A DNA stretch of 64,000 nt from an uncultured virus (IMG/VR IMGVR_UViG_3300002460_000023) (IMGVR_UViG_3300002460_000023:1-64000), one strand, 5' to 3'. Shown: positions 28,560 through 38,702, counted from the stretch's first letter. The notes: generated by a model not told the origin, from the sequence alone. Numbers and translations: made by a program.

Positions 28560-29141
28560 TTAGCCACCTGCCGGACTACCCTCCGCCATTACAGCAGCAA
28601 CGTCTTCAGCAGGCACCCACACTTCCAGGCTGTTCAGATCCTGTAGCTGCCCCACGTTTTCCACTTGGTGCAGCAATTCCAGGTAATCAACGGTAGCCGT
28701 GTGATCAATCTCCACGTAACCGCGCTCCCGCAGCCATTTCCGTATCGAGCACGTGATGCACACGTCGCTCTGGCACCCCTTGAAATGGGCCTTGTAATGC
28801 TCCAGAAGCTGTGAAATGATGCCGTTGTCGGCAGCCGGGATCAGAAGAACATCGCTGCCCTCTTCACCAGTGTCTCCAGAGGTCTCGCCCTCCAACTCCC
28901 GAAGCAGCTCGTCTGAGGAGCGGACCCCAAGACATTCTGTCAGCGTCTCAGCGGCCCCATCCGCCGGGGTCTCTGTCATGCCACCATCGAAGAAGATAAC
29001 ACCGTCTGTGAGCTTACCCAGCTCTAGGGCAACCGCCCCTGGGAAGACACTGAGACATGTCTTGACAAGGTTCTCCATAAACTCATCCAGTTCCTCTTTA
29101 GACTGCATCACAGCCCCCGTGGAAAAGCGGTGCACTGCCAT
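28560..29141 (-). CDS. Acidic hypothetical protein
   Basis: ORF with H..HFKGC...CITC motif. Confidence 0.65.
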   Translation of the reverse strand: MAVHRFSTGAVMQSKEELDEFMENLVKTCLSVFPGAVALELGKLTDGVIFFDGGMTETPADGAAETLTECLGVRSSDELLRELEGETSGDTGEEGSDVLLIPAADNGIISQLLEHYKAHFKGCQSDVCITCSIRKWLRERGYVEIDHTATVDYLELLHQVENVGQLQDLNSLEVWVPAEDVAAVMAEGSPAGG

Positions 29142-29200
29142 TTTACGCTAACCCCAAGGTAATGGTTATCACACTCACAAGCAAGGCCATCGGGTAGAAG

Positions 29201-29216
29201 GGGTGGGTACCGAATC
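29201..29216 (-). repeat. 16-bp intergenic repeat, copy 2
   Basis: Identical to 22340-22355. Confidence 0.8.
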
Positions 29217-29221
29217 AGCCG

Positions 29222-29779
29222 TTATTCGTCCTCGCTACTCCCTTCCATTTCGTCAAAGAACTTCTTGATATCGGGGTCGAGGTCGTCAAGCTCCTTATCA
29301 GCAGCCTCCTCATCAGCCTCGAACTGGTTTGCCAGATTGAGGAACGCTTCCTGCTCAGCTTTCTCAACATCGTCGCCAGCAGCGATATTCTTGTCCATCT
29401 CGTCCAGGGCCGCACCAAACTTCTCCAGGTTCTTCTTGGCCTCTGCGATGTTAGCACGCGCACGCAGCGTACGTGCCTCGCTAAAGTCCTTGCCCTTTGC
29501 CATTTCAGCACTATCCTGCAGAAGCTGCATGGCCTTGATAGCGTAGGAAATGTAGGACCCAATACTCCCCGTCACCAAACCGTTCCAACAGATCTGGCAG
29601 ACGGTGTCATCATCCTTCAGCAACGCCCGCAGGCCATCAAGCGCCTTACCCCGACGGTAGAGCTTCCCGATCAGGTCCGGAATCTCCGTCAGCAGAAACT
29701 CGCGGGCTTTGTCGATCTTCAGCTTGCCGTCATCCTGATAGAAGTCATCGTATTTCAACATACGCTTCTTCTTGGCCAT
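29222..29779 (-). CDS. Hypothetical helical protein with acidic tail
   Basis: SD CAGGAGG; follows the VWA gene. Confidence 0.75.
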   Translation of the reverse strand: MAKKKRMLKYDDFYQDDGKLKIDKAREFLLTEIPDLIGKLYRRGKALDGLRALLKDDDTVCQICWNGLVTGSIGSYISYAIKAMQLLQDSAEMAKGKDFSEARTLRARANIAEAKKNLEKFGAALDEMDKNIAAGDDVEKAEQEAFLNLANQFEADEEAADKELDDLDPDIKKFFDEMEGSSEDE

Positions 29780-29801
29780 TGCACCGCCTCCTGGAATAGG
29801 G

Positions 29802-31448
29802 TTACTTGCCCTCGTCCATGTTAGCGAACAGCTCTGTCAAACACTGTACATCGTCATCGGGCCGGTAGGGGTCAATCTGCCAGCACGCCGTCGCAAAGTG
29901 CTTGAACAAATCCATCTGGTCTTTTTGCATTTCCCCAGAACCCGTGTAAACAGCCCAGCAAGAGGCATCGCTCTTCTCCATGCGCTCCCTGAATTTCTTG
30001 GACAACTTGCTTGCCGCTATCGGAAAGCACATGTCACTGATAAAAAGCACGTCGGCCTTCTTGAAATCATCTTGGTTCATACCCCACAGGCACATGGTAA
30101 AGGCAAGGTCGAAGTCTGTGCCACCGCCCAAGAAGATTTGGGTAAACCTCATAAGGAGCAGCTCTTCACCCGGCGCGGCATCAAACCGCTGCACAACTGC
30201 TGAAAACCCGTGGTAACGCCCTACCCGCTTCTGGTAGTCGTCGTAACTCCACGCAATGTTGTCCTGAGCGCCGTCACAGAACTGTATATAGTAAAACGGC
30301 TGTTTACGCTTGGCCGCCTCACGATACTGCACCAAAGCCACAGCCTTCGCCCAGATAATCTCGTTGCCACCCATACTACCAGACCCGTCAACACAACATA
30401 CAACAGGGCCTAGCCCCTCAGGCTCTCTGGATTCCTTCTGCCAGTTAAGAGCTTTACCATCTAGCAGACGCGCCCACAGTTCCTTCTTCATTACCGGGTG
30501 CGCCAGATTGACGAACTCGGAACCCGTCAACCTTTCTAGCTTACCACCCAGCACCACGTCCACGATTGTCTCGCTACCTCGCGTTGTCTTGTTACGCTTA
30601 ACGTGGTCGTGAATACGCTGGATGCGCCCGGCCAGCCGAGCAATGCGCTTCAACTGTTCGTCGTCCTTCAGCATACGTGCCACTTCAAGCTGGTCTTTAA
30701 CGGGCATTTTACGGCCTGCTCCCTCACCCTCGCCGCAGCCAAAGGCGTCAATGGCCTCCATCGTGGCTTCGATATCGTCAATGGCGCTGCGGATAGCCTC
30801 TGACATTTGCCCTTGCACCGTCTGCTCGTTGTTGGCAAACTCCTGCCGCATCTTCTGAGCATTCTGTGCGGCCGACTGCACAGCCTGTAAGGTTTGCGCC
30901 TTGGTAGACTTGATCTTCTGCTGGAGCTCCTTCATCTTAGCCTGCAACTCTTCCAGCTTCTTGCCAGTAACGTTGGCTGTCTGCTTGCGCAGCGTCTTGT
31001 ACATGTCACGCAAGCCATCCAGACGCTTACGCATCTGCTTGGCTTCCATCATCGCGTTGTAGTGCCCCTTAATTGCTTCACGCAGCCCAGCGGGTAGATT
31101 CTCCACAACCTCTTCCAGCCGTCGGGTGGCTACAAGGCTGGCCAGTTCATTGCGCGTTGTCATACGCCGCAACCGCTGCAATGATTCCAGCCCCTCCATG
31201 TGCTTCAGCAGATGCACATGCGGCTCAATAAGCCCGCTAACCTCGGCCGAAGACTTTATGCGCGGGGCGCCCTTGTAGAACCAGTTGTACGTGTCACACT
31301 GCATGTTCTGGTATAGCGGCAGGAACTTCTTGCCGCTGTTGGCCCTTTGCGCAAGGTCGGGCGCCCGGTCGTATAGCTCCAGGAAACCTTCCCGGCTAAA
31401 GGTGGTGCCGTCAATCCCAAACAGCTCGCTTTCCAGGTGGTTGAACAC
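29802..31448 (-). CDS. VWA-domain protein (ViaA-like)
   Basis: MIDAS VDGSGSMG, WAKAVAL, GGGTDF, ADVLFISD; N-terminal coiled coil. Confidence 0.9.
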   Translation of the reverse strand: MFNHLESELFGIDGTTFSREGFLELYDRAPDLAQRANSGKKFLPLYQNMQCDTYNWFYKGAPRIKSSAEVSGLIEPHVHLLKHMEGLESLQRLRRMTTRNELASLVATRRLEEVVENLPAGLREAIKGHYNAMMEAKQMRKRLDGLRDMYKTLRKQTANVTGKKLEELQAKMKELQQKIKSTKAQTLQAVQSAAQNAQKMRQEFANNEQTVQGQMSEAIRSAIDDIEATMEAIDAFGCGEGEGAGRKMPVKDQLEVARMLKDDEQLKRIARLAGRIQRIHDHVKRNKTTRGSETIVDVVLGGKLERLTGSEFVNLAHPVMKKELWARLLDGKALNWQKESREPEGLGPVVCCVDGSGSMGGNEIIWAKAVALVQYREAAKRKQPFYYIQFCDGAQDNIAWSYDDYQKRVGRYHGFSAVVQRFDAAPGEELLLMRFTQIFLGGGTDFDLAFTMCLWGMNQDDFKKADVLFISDMCFPIAASKLSKKFRERMEKSDASCWAVYTGSGEMQKDQMDLFKHFATACWQIDPYRPDDDVQCLTELFANMDEGK

Positions 31449-31460
31449 GGTAGCCCCCGT

Positions 31461-32831
31461 TTACAGCTTAGTCAGATCGACACCAAGAAACTCACTGATA
31501 ATGCGAGCCTGCGAACTACGCACCTTGTCCAAGACGCCTTGTACAAGCCGCCGCCGCCCCGGCTCGTCTTGCTCGGACAGGTCCTTCTCCAGAGCTTTAA
31601 CGAGCTTCGTCATTTCCTGGTTACCGTCAAGAGCCATATCCATCTTAGCCTTGTCGTCCTTACCTTCAGCCCGGTAAGCCTTCTCTAGATCATGTACTAA
31701 CTTGTTAGCGCTCTCCAGCTTCATCTGGAGGCTCTCCGCCATAGGGGCGGCAATGCTGAGAACGATCTGCCCAACCTTGCTGATCTCGCTAACCTTGCTC
31801 CAAAGGCAGTGCCGAATGGGAGCGTAATCCTCCAGGTCTGCCTTTACGGCCTCCAGCTTCCAACCTTTGAGGGCGCCTTTCTTCTTGTCCGTGCCCAGCA
31901 AGGCAGCGGCTACAACAGACGCGTCCTCGTAGTCTTCCACCGCGTAGCCTTGCTCATCCATATACTCGAAGGCAACCCTTGAGAAGGACTTGTAAAGAGC
32001 CTCAGCCCGTGCGATGTCAACAAACCAGCAGGCCAACCGGTCATCCATCGCCGACAGGAAGCCACCGTTGCGTAGCTCATTACGGATTGCCCACAAGCCG
32101 CGCATAACTTCCTGGTCGAACCCAACCCGCAGAACGGCCTGCTGGACTTGCAGAAGCTCAGGAGCTGTCAGCTTTATGGACCCCGTCGGCGGGGAGCTAA
32201 ACCCAGCCACCGCCATCTTGAGCATCTTGTAGAAATTCTCAGGCTCCTTCACGTATTCGACGTTGTGGCGAAACGCAATACGCTGATACAGCGCGGCCAA
32301 CGCTGCGTTCTCAGGAAGCTCGTTACTGGAGGCAAACATGGAGAACAGGGGCACGTTGAGCATTGTGCGCCCGTTACGGAACAGCCGCTCGTTGAGCACA
32401 TCCAGCTTGTTGTTCAGCACGGCGTCACTGCACTTCCAGATTTCGTCCGCGTGGTAGATGCGGGCCGTCGGCAGGTAACCGTCTACCGCCCGCCGATAGT
32501 CTTCCTGCTCCAGACCCTTGAGAGAACGGGGGCCAAACAACTCGTCCGGCTCCATCGTGCGTGTGCACAGCTTACGAAAGTAGAAGTCTTCGTCCTCCCA
32601 ATACTCCGCGAACGCCGCCGCAAGATAGTGCGACAACTGTGACTTGGCCGTACCCGGAGGACCAAGCGTGAAGTGGTGGTTACCCGTCATCAGCGCGAGC
32701 ACGCTGGTATGTATTGGCTCCTCACGCTCGATAACGTTGCTCAGGAGCACCTGCTCTGTAATCCACAGCTTGGCGAGCCCGTGTAGCACCGCCGACTGGT
32801 CCAAGACCATCTTGCTATCTAGCTTCAGCAT
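31461..32831 (-). CDS. MoxR-family AAA+ ATPase (RavA-like)
   Basis: GPPGTAKS, EPDELFGP, GYLPTA, DEIWK, LNERLF.NG, ASSNELP. Confidence 0.9.
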   Translation of the reverse strand: MLKLDSKMVLDQSAVLHGLAKLWITEQVLLSNVIEREEPIHTSVLALMTGNHHFTLGPPGTAKSQLSHYLAAAFAEYWEDEDFYFRKLCTRTMEPDELFGPRSLKGLEQEDYRRAVDGYLPTARIYHADEIWKCSDAVLNNKLDVLNERLFRNGRTMLNVPLFSMFASSNELPENAALAALYQRIAFRHNVEYVKEPENFYKMLKMAVAGFSSPPTGSIKLTAPELLQVQQAVLRVGFDQEVMRGLWAIRNELRNGGFLSAMDDRLACWFVDIARAEALYKSFSRVAFEYMDEQGYAVEDYEDASVVAAALLGTDKKKGALKGWKLEAVKADLEDYAPIRHCLWSKVSEISKVGQIVLSIAAPMAESLQMKLESANKLVHDLEKAYRAEGKDDKAKMDMALDGNQEMTKLVKALEKDLSEQDEPGRRRLVQGVLDKVRSSQARIISEFLGVDLTKL

Positions 32832-32910
32832 TGCCCCTGCCTCCGGTTGGGTGGTAGTTTACCGCAATGGCTGTAAGGTAGCATTACTCACGTTCGTTGT
32901 CAACACTTGT

Positions 32911-33315
32911 TTACCGTATGTCGGCCGGTAAGCCACCGGGCCTTACGACAGGACGCGCATTTTTCTGGAAGTCTCGGGCAATAGCTAAAGCCCTCAAATG
33001 AGATACTGTAGTCTCATCCAGCTCAGACAAAATGGAGCTGTCAAAGGTATGGAGGTAACATCCGTGCATAACTAGCAGAACATCCAGTCGTATTCCGTGC
33101 TCGGCGATAAATCTAGGTGTGTCCACAACAAGCTGCCAGTCAAGACCCAAACTGAGCAGGTAGTCCCCAACGGCAAACTGGCGGAACCAGTAAAAACCAA
33201 GCTCCTCGATGCTGACGCCAGACAGTAGCTTATCAAACTCGGCGGGCGTGTACCTTCTGCTTGCCAGCTTTGCCGCCATCTTCTCGAACACTTTCTTTCT
33301 TGACTTTTTTAGCAC
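32911..33315 (-). CDS. Hypothetical protein
   Basis: Coding-strand ORF. Confidence 0.55.
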   Translation of the reverse strand: MLKKSRKKVFEKMAAKLASRRYTPAEFDKLLSGVSIEELGFYWFRQFAVGDYLLSLGLDWQLVVDTPRFIAEHGIRLDVLLVMHGCYLHTFDSSILSELDETTVSHLRALAIARDFQKNARPVVRPGGLPADIR

Positions 33316-33667
33316 GGGAAGCTCTCTGTTTTTGTGGTTGAGACGAATCCCGAACGAACTTCTTTGCCGCCTTGATCGCTTTTAACGCCCGCAACGTACC
33401 CGGCGTTAAAAGCTCAACTACCCCGATATTGTCAAACCAAGCTTGGTAGTCCAGGTACATCGCGTGAAGAATGTATCGCCGCCTATCCTCATCAGTATAA
33501 CTCGGATTAAAGGAATGGACATTACCTCTGCTCATCCCTCTAGGCCATTCAGAAACTAAGATGTAGGCAAGGTCCAAGCTGCCAAACAGTTCATAGAAGT
33601 ATACCTCGCTCAACTTCTTTCGACGTAACCTCGACACTTCCAGAACACGCTGCCACGGCGATAACAT
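33233..33667 (-). CDS. Hypothetical protein (possible paralog of the adjacent gene)
   Basis: SD GGAGGG; shares a FY..F...D...L and L...T...LRAL pattern with 32911..33315. Confidence 0.6.
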   Translation of the reverse strand: MLSPWQRVLEVSRLRRKKLSEVYFYELFGSLDLAYILVSEWPRGMSRGNVHSFNPSYTDEDRRRYILHAMYLDYQAWFDNIGVVELLTPGTLRALKAIKAAKKFVRDSSQPQKQRASRAKKVKKESVREDGGKAGKQKVHARRV

Positions 33668-33678
33668 CGCAACCCTCC

Positions 33679-33733
33679 AAAGCTAAGGCACAGCCAAGAA
33701 GCGTTTAAGACCCCCCAGCCGTGCCTTAGCTTT
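33679..33733 (-). terminator. Long intergenic hairpin (terminator or processing site)
   Basis: 13-bp perfect inverted repeat aaagctaaggcac/gtgccttagcttt, extended by G-U pairs on the minus strand. Confidence 0.6.
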
Positions 33734-33748
33734 ACGTGCTAGCAGTGT

Positions 33749-34843
33749 TTACGCGGCTGCCTCATCGTCCTCGTCATCGTCGAGGTCCAGAACAGCAGCA
33801 ACCTCCTTCGCGAGGTCAACCTTGGCACGCTTAGGCGGAACATAGGGCTTCGGTACGGCGCCACCCTCGACCATGACACCGTCAACCGCGCCGGACAGGG
33901 CCTTGCGTACCATGTCTTCCACAGTTGCCGCCTTGCCTCGCAGCTCGTCAGCACGGTAGTTGAGGGCCGTCTCGTAGACACCAACCTTCTTGACAAACTC
34001 CTGTGCCCGGTGCACGAAGCCCTTGGCCGCCCGGCCGCTGATAATGGCGTCAGTCTGGCCACCGGCACGCTGATCGCGGACCTCTTCACACCGCTTCTGA
34101 AATTCCGACTGGAGGGCCGACATGTCGGTGGCCATGCCGTACTCCACCCACCGGCTAATCTTGTGGCGCTCGCTCTCCATGTCCACGATTGGCACCATGT
34201 AGAAGGCGTAATGCCCACCAAGGCTGGAGAAGAAGACCTCCATCTTCTCCATCTGTGGCGTAAAGGAGTTGAGCGCGAACCATACCCCACCGCGTCTCCG
34301 GATGGGCACCGGCGACCAGAACCTTTCGGCCACCTTCTGGCAGAAGTGACGCACAGTACTGGTGTTGATATTTCTGGACAACTCTTCATGCAGTAGTTGC
34401 AGGCGAGTTGCCACCGCTTTGCGCCGGTCGCTGACACCGATGCCGTCGAAAACCAACTTCTGCTCCTTGCGGTAGAAGATACACATGAAGCTTTCCTCGA
34501 AGCCCACCTTCTCGGCGCCTTCGGTCTCGTCCACGTCTTTGAATGTGACCTGGTGCTTCAGATAGTCCGTGGTGCGCCCAGCCGCCGTGATGTCTACCTT
34601 GAATCCCTGCCGCATCCCAGCAAACTTCTTGCGAGCTCGCCGCCACGCCTGCTCCGGCGAGATATCCGGCATCAGGCTCGCGGCAAGGGAACTGTCGAAT
34701 CCGGCCACGGCTGCCAGCTTGCGGCACTCCTCAAAGGAAATGCGAGCACCGCCGCTTTCGTACGAGAAGATATGCCCAGCCAGCGGAACATTGCGGAACT
34801 GATCCCTTGAGTAGGGAGCGCCGGTGAAAGGCTTACGGTTCAT
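33749..34843 (-). CDS. DUF6744/DUF3150-like protein
   Basis: GHIFSY...PDISPEQAWRRA...PIRRRGGVWF; SD AAGGAGG; lies upstream of AAA/VWA. Confidence 0.6.
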   Translation of the reverse strand: MNRKPFTGAPYSRDQFRNVPLAGHIFSYESGGARISFEECRKLAAVAGFDSSLAASLMPDISPEQAWRRARKKFAGMRQGFKVDITAAGRTTDYLKHQVTFKDVDETEGAEKVGFEESFMCIFYRKEQKLVFDGIGVSDRRKAVATRLQLLHEELSRNINTSTVRHFCQKVAERFWSPVPIRRRGGVWFALNSFTPQMEKMEVFFSSLGGHYAFYMVPIVDMESERHKISRWVEYGMATDMSALQSEFQKRCEEVRDQRAGGQTDAIISGRAAKGFVHRAQEFVKKVGVYETALNYRADELRGKAATVEDMVRKALSGAVDGVMVEGGAVPKPYVPPKRAKVDLAKEVAAVLDLDDDEDDEAAA

Positions 34844-34880
34844 ATCTACCGCCTCCTTGGGTTAGGGTTACTTCGGGGAC

Positions 34881-35258
34881 CTACTTTTTCGGAGGAGCCA
34901 AATAATCTTCATAGCCCTGCACTACTGTTCTGAAGCCCTCCGATGTGATAAGTGTGGCTGTCAACATGCGTACTGGAGCGTACCCGGCCTGACGGATAAC
35001 CCGTGCGATGACAACACCAGTATGCCGCGAACGGGTATTGACGATAACAACCACGCTGCTTCTGCTTGGGCACTCCTTAACCAACCGCTTCACTATGCGG
35101 TTAGCTATCCTAGTCAGTAGTGTGCACTTTGGAAGTGTTAACACCAACGGCAACCTGGGGATCACGTATTCGTAAGCCGGTTTGGGCATGCACTGAGACA
35201 TTGCCTCAGGCCAGAACTTGATCATGCTGTACCCGCTAGTCACCAGAAAGGACTGCAT
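34881..35258 (-). CDS. Hypothetical protein
   Basis: Operon-packed. Confidence 0.5.
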   Translation of the reverse strand: MQSFLVTSGYSMIKFWPEAMSQCMPKPAYEYVIPRLPLVLTLPKCTLLTRIANRIVKRLVKECPSRSSVVVIVNTRSRHTGVVIARVIRQAGYAPVRMLTATLITSEGFRTVVQGYEDYLAPPKK

Positions 35259-35601
35259 TCCCCCTCCACATGGTTACCAACTTCTCGATACTCGTTGTAG
35301 TGCTCGCCAGACGCTTGCAGAATGCCAAATGGGGCATCGGGCGTGCGGCGTGCCCTATAATAAGGTGTGCCCTTGCTGAGCCTGTAAATTCCGCTACTGA
35401 GGACGCCCCCCTGCTGCTGTTACAGCTAAGGCACGCGGTAACCAAGTTGTCGTCACCGTTATGCCCACCCTCATGCAACGGCACGATGTGGTCAAGGGTC
35501 AACCCAGCGTTTGCCCCACAGTAGAGACACTGAAACCCATCTCGCACGTAGATGGCAAGCCGCCTTGCGGGACGTATCCATTTGCTGCCGTTGCGAGCCA
35601 T
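35236..35601 (-). CDS. HNH endonuclease (McrA-like)
   Basis: RDGFQCLYCG...LTLDHIVP...GG...NLVTACLSCNSSRG. Confidence 0.9.
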   Translation of the reverse strand: MARNGSKWIRPARRLAIYVRDGFQCLYCGANAGLTLDHIVPLHEGGHNGDDNLVTACLSCNSSRGASSVAEFTGSARAHLIIGHAARPMPHLAFCKRLASTTTSIEKLVTMWRGNAVLSGD

Positions 35602-35688
35602 TTGCGTGTGCCCCCTGTTTACCAGCACACGCAAGGTAACAAGTCTCATAAATCTTGTCAACATTAGATTTTAGACATCCGGTTAGCG

Positions 35689-35880
35689 TTACCCAAGAGG
35701 CACAACCTTCGAGTAGACATACGTCTGCTTGACTTCCACGGTTACCGGATGGCCGGTTGACAAATGGTGTGACTGCGCTGGAAAGTGACCTCCAACGCCA
35801 CATGCAGAGCATGCTAGGCAGAACCATTTCTGTTCCGTATGCTGGCTAGTGTGCTTAACGTGTCTTCTTGACTTCCTCAC
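35689..35880 (-). CDS. Small zinc-finger protein
   Basis: CSAC...HHLSTGH; GTGA overlap. Confidence 0.55.
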   Translation of the reverse strand: MRKSRRHVKHTSQHTEQKWFCLACSACGVGGHFPAQSHHLSTGHPVTVEVKQTYVYSKVVPLG

Positions 35881-36428
35881 AGTATTAGAACCTCATTAGC
35901 CCCCATAGCGGCCGTGTCTGATCGCTCACCCGTGGCCCCGGCTGGAGCTGGTTTACCATCATCACCGGCAAGCTCAACCTGCCTTGTGACGGCCTGATGT
36001 ACCGCCTTAGCAGAACCAGCCACAGACAAGTTAGTCATGCACCACGCCTGCACAACTTCCACGAGTGCATGCTTTACCTCCTGCCCATAGCGCAAGGACC
36101 TGGATCGCACTTGCGCCAAAAGACTTTGTATTGTCAGCTCAAGTAGACCCTTGTTGACTGAAAAGCAATCCAAGCAGAGGTAACACGGCTCATCGCCTAC
36201 CATCATTCCTTCGGGCAAATACACGAAGTTAGCCGGGACCCATCTTCGCAGCTTCTCAGTCTGGTAATAGCTGGCAATGACAGCATTGCCGCAGAACCCG
36301 CAATGCAGCACAGCCCCATGCTTCACCTTAAACTTCCGGGCAGCTCCGTTCAGCGTCTTGCACATGCCTGGATTCGCTATCGCAGCCTCCAGGCGAAGCT
36401 GCATCTCTACAACGTCAGCTTTGTTCAT
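35877..36428 (-). CDS. Hypothetical zinc-binding protein
   Basis: CGFC...CLDC; ATGA overlap at 36425-36428. Confidence 0.6.
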   Translation of the reverse strand: MNKADVVEMQLRLEAAIANPGMCKTLNGAARKFKVKHGAVLHCGFCGNAVIASYYQTEKLRRWVPANFVYLPEGMMVGDEPCYLCLDCFSVNKGLLELTIQSLLAQVRSRSLRYGQEVKHALVEVVQAWCMTNLSVAGSAKAVHQAVTRQVELAGDDGKPAPAGATGERSDTAAMGANEVLIL

Positions 36429-36838
36429 TTCGTTTTCCAGAACAGAAAGCAGTGCCTCTGGAGGTGCCAAACCGCCCGCACCCACCGGTGAGCCACAGTA
36501 CTGCTCACACCAAATACTGCGGCAATCTCCCGCACAGTTGAATTTCCATTTAGAGACAACTTCACGAGCAGGGCCAAACCACGCTCTGGATACTGACCAA
36601 ACGTTTGGCCCGCACGCTTCTTACCAAAGTTCCGTATCCGACGAATGCTCTGCTTAGTCTCCGGCGTCAGTCCAGCCAGCTTGTCCACAACAGGTCGGTA
36701 GTAGTAATAGTAGGATTCACCGGCTTTACTCACCTTCTTGCGTTGATAGCCTTCACGCCGTTTGGCATGCCTTGCTTTGTGCGGCTTTACAAGGCTACGA
36801 ATCTTTGCACTCTTCTTAACTCTATGCGTGTTTGCCAC
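36425..36838 (-). CDS. HTH DNA-binding protein
   Basis: TVREIAAVFGVSSTVAHRWV; SD AAGGAGG. Confidence 0.7.
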   Translation of the reverse strand: MANTHRVKKSAKIRSLVKPHKARHAKRREGYQRKKVSKAGESYYYYYRPVVDKLAGLTPETKQSIRRIRNFGKKRAGQTFGQYPERGLALLVKLSLNGNSTVREIAAVFGVSSTVAHRWVRAVWHLQRHCFLFWKTK

Positions 36839-38492
36839 TTATGGCCTCCTTAGCAATGTCTACACTTGCCTTTATAATGAAAGGCTTGCCCTGGCGTTTA
36901 CCGGATTTCTGGTAGTAATCCCTGTCCAACGCGCATATGCTCCCCTCCACCATAACACGCCTCTTATCATCCTCCTGTAGCGACCACGGGTCAAATATCT
37001 CCGGGTGCTCCTTCACCATTTCAAATGGATCAAAGCCAGTAGTGCGCACGCTGAAAGCTGGCTCGCTTAGATAGTATTTTAAGCGATACAGGCTATGCCT
37101 CTTGGCAAGCCCGCCGTCGTCATCTAGGAAGTCTATCACAATCGCCCGCTTACCGTGAACGTGCCGCAGTACCCTACCGACGCGCTGCACAACACTTTGC
37201 TCCTTCTTGCCGGCATCCGCCAACACAATCGCGTCCAAAGCCTTTACGTTGAAGCCCAGCTTGAACACAGTTCCTACAAGAACCTTAATCTCACGGCTGC
37301 GGAACTTCTTCAGTATATCTTCACGGTCTGGTGTACTTGTAGACCCAAAAATCGCTGCCACTTCATCGCCCATCGTCTGCTGCAAGGCGTCATAAAGAAC
37401 ACGGCCGTGAGAGTCAACACGGCTAACCGTTACGAGCACGATTTTGCCCATAGAGGCAAGCCCAGTACACAGCCCAACAATCAGCTTGTTCCGCAGAGGA
37501 TTCTTTACAATAGCATTATCGTAAGTCATACGGTAGTTAGAATACGATTGGCTGACCTTCACCCGGTAAACATGCACATCGGGCGGCGCAAGGTAACCCC
37601 CGTCAATGAGGTTGCTAGTGTTCATATTTACCAAAACCGGGCCCGTCATGCCCCGCAATGCCCCGCCGTCCACTTCGCCACGATCACGCGGGGTAGCCGA
37701 AAGTCCAATACGGAAAAAGGCATTACACGCGCTGGCTACTTCATACCAAGTGTTACCGTCACGGCCTTTGCCTATCAAGCTGTAATCACGAATTGATCCT
37801 AGCGTGTGGCATTCATCAATAATGAGACATTGCACACGTCCCAGCAATGCCCTAACTTCGGGAGATTCACGGCGTGACCACAACGTCTGCACCGTGCTTA
37901 TAGTAATGTAACCGGGGCTGAACTCTCCATCCCCAATACGGCCAACTTGGCTACCACCAAACTCGTTGAAGAAGTCCCCGTAAACCTGATCGAGCAGAAG
38001 CTTGTTCGGCACGATGTAAAGGACCTCAACTCCTAGCTTCTGTACCAGCCACATGGCGATAGGCGTCTTGCCGCCCCCGGTAGGTATCTGCAAAACACCC
38101 CTGCCGCTTTCATACGCCTTCGTAATAGCCTCTATTTGGTGTGGGTAAGCCACCATCGGATTACTAGGTCGGGCACCCGGTACAGGCCAGTTAAAGACCT
38201 TCTGGGGTCGCTTGCTCGTGGTGTAAACACTAACTTCATACCCGCGCCCGCGTAGCGCCTTAACGAGCATCGGTGTGAAGCCGCTAGGAAACCGTTTGGC
38301 GTCACCCAGGTTTACACGGTCAGACTTCCAGCTACCGTAGCCACGGCGGCCACTCCTGCCGTTGCCGCTACGCTGATAATAGGTCACATCGTAATGACAC
38401 GTCAGGGCAACATACTTGGCGGTTTCATCATCACCACCGGCCATTCGGCTGTATACGTTGCCCTGAACAAATAGAATTGGAGGCTTGTACAT
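36822..38492 (-). CDS. SF2 DNA helicase (UvsW/XPB-like)
   Basis: PHQIEA, PTGGGKT, DECH, SATP, QRVGRVLR. Confidence 0.9.
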   Translation of the reverse strand: MYKPPILFVQGNVYSRMAGGDDETAKYVALTCHYDVTYYQRSGNGRSGRRGYGSWKSDRVNLGDAKRFPSGFTPMLVKALRGRGYEVSVYTTSKRPQKVFNWPVPGARPSNPMVAYPHQIEAITKAYESGRGVLQIPTGGGKTPIAMWLVQKLGVEVLYIVPNKLLLDQVYGDFFNEFGGSQVGRIGDGEFSPGYITISTVQTLWSRRESPEVRALLGRVQCLIIDECHTLGSIRDYSLIGKGRDGNTWYEVASACNAFFRIGLSATPRDRGEVDGGALRGMTGPVLVNMNTSNLIDGGYLAPPDVHVYRVKVSQSYSNYRMTYDNAIVKNPLRNKLIVGLCTGLASMGKIVLVTVSRVDSHGRVLYDALQQTMGDEVAAIFGSTSTPDREDILKKFRSREIKVLVGTVFKLGFNVKALDAIVLADAGKKEQSVVQRVGRVLRHVHGKRAIVIDFLDDDGGLAKRHSLYRLKYYLSEPAFSVRTTGFDPFEMVKEHPEIFDPWSLQEDDKRRVMVEGSICALDRDYYQKSGKRQGKPFIIKASVDIAKEAISGKHA

Positions 38493-38617
38493 TGACCCTT
38501 ACTTTGTTGGAAGTTTAGCCTGCTGTTACCACAATTTACCAAAAGAGTGCTAACGACGCAAGTAACTGTTAACAATTACGCGTCACTAGTGTTAACCCTA
38601 CCAAACATCCGGAGTAC

Positions 38618-38660
38618 AAAGAAAGAGGACCAACCGGCTTGGCGCTTGACCGGTTGGCCC
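38618..38660 (-). terminator. Rho-independent terminator ending the late/lysis operon
   Basis: GGGCCAACCGG-loop-CCGGTTGGTCC then TCTTTCTTT. Confidence 0.8.
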
Positions 38661-38702
38661 ATCTGGCTAACGTTTAGAGCGGGGGGTCTGAAGCTCCATC
38701 CG

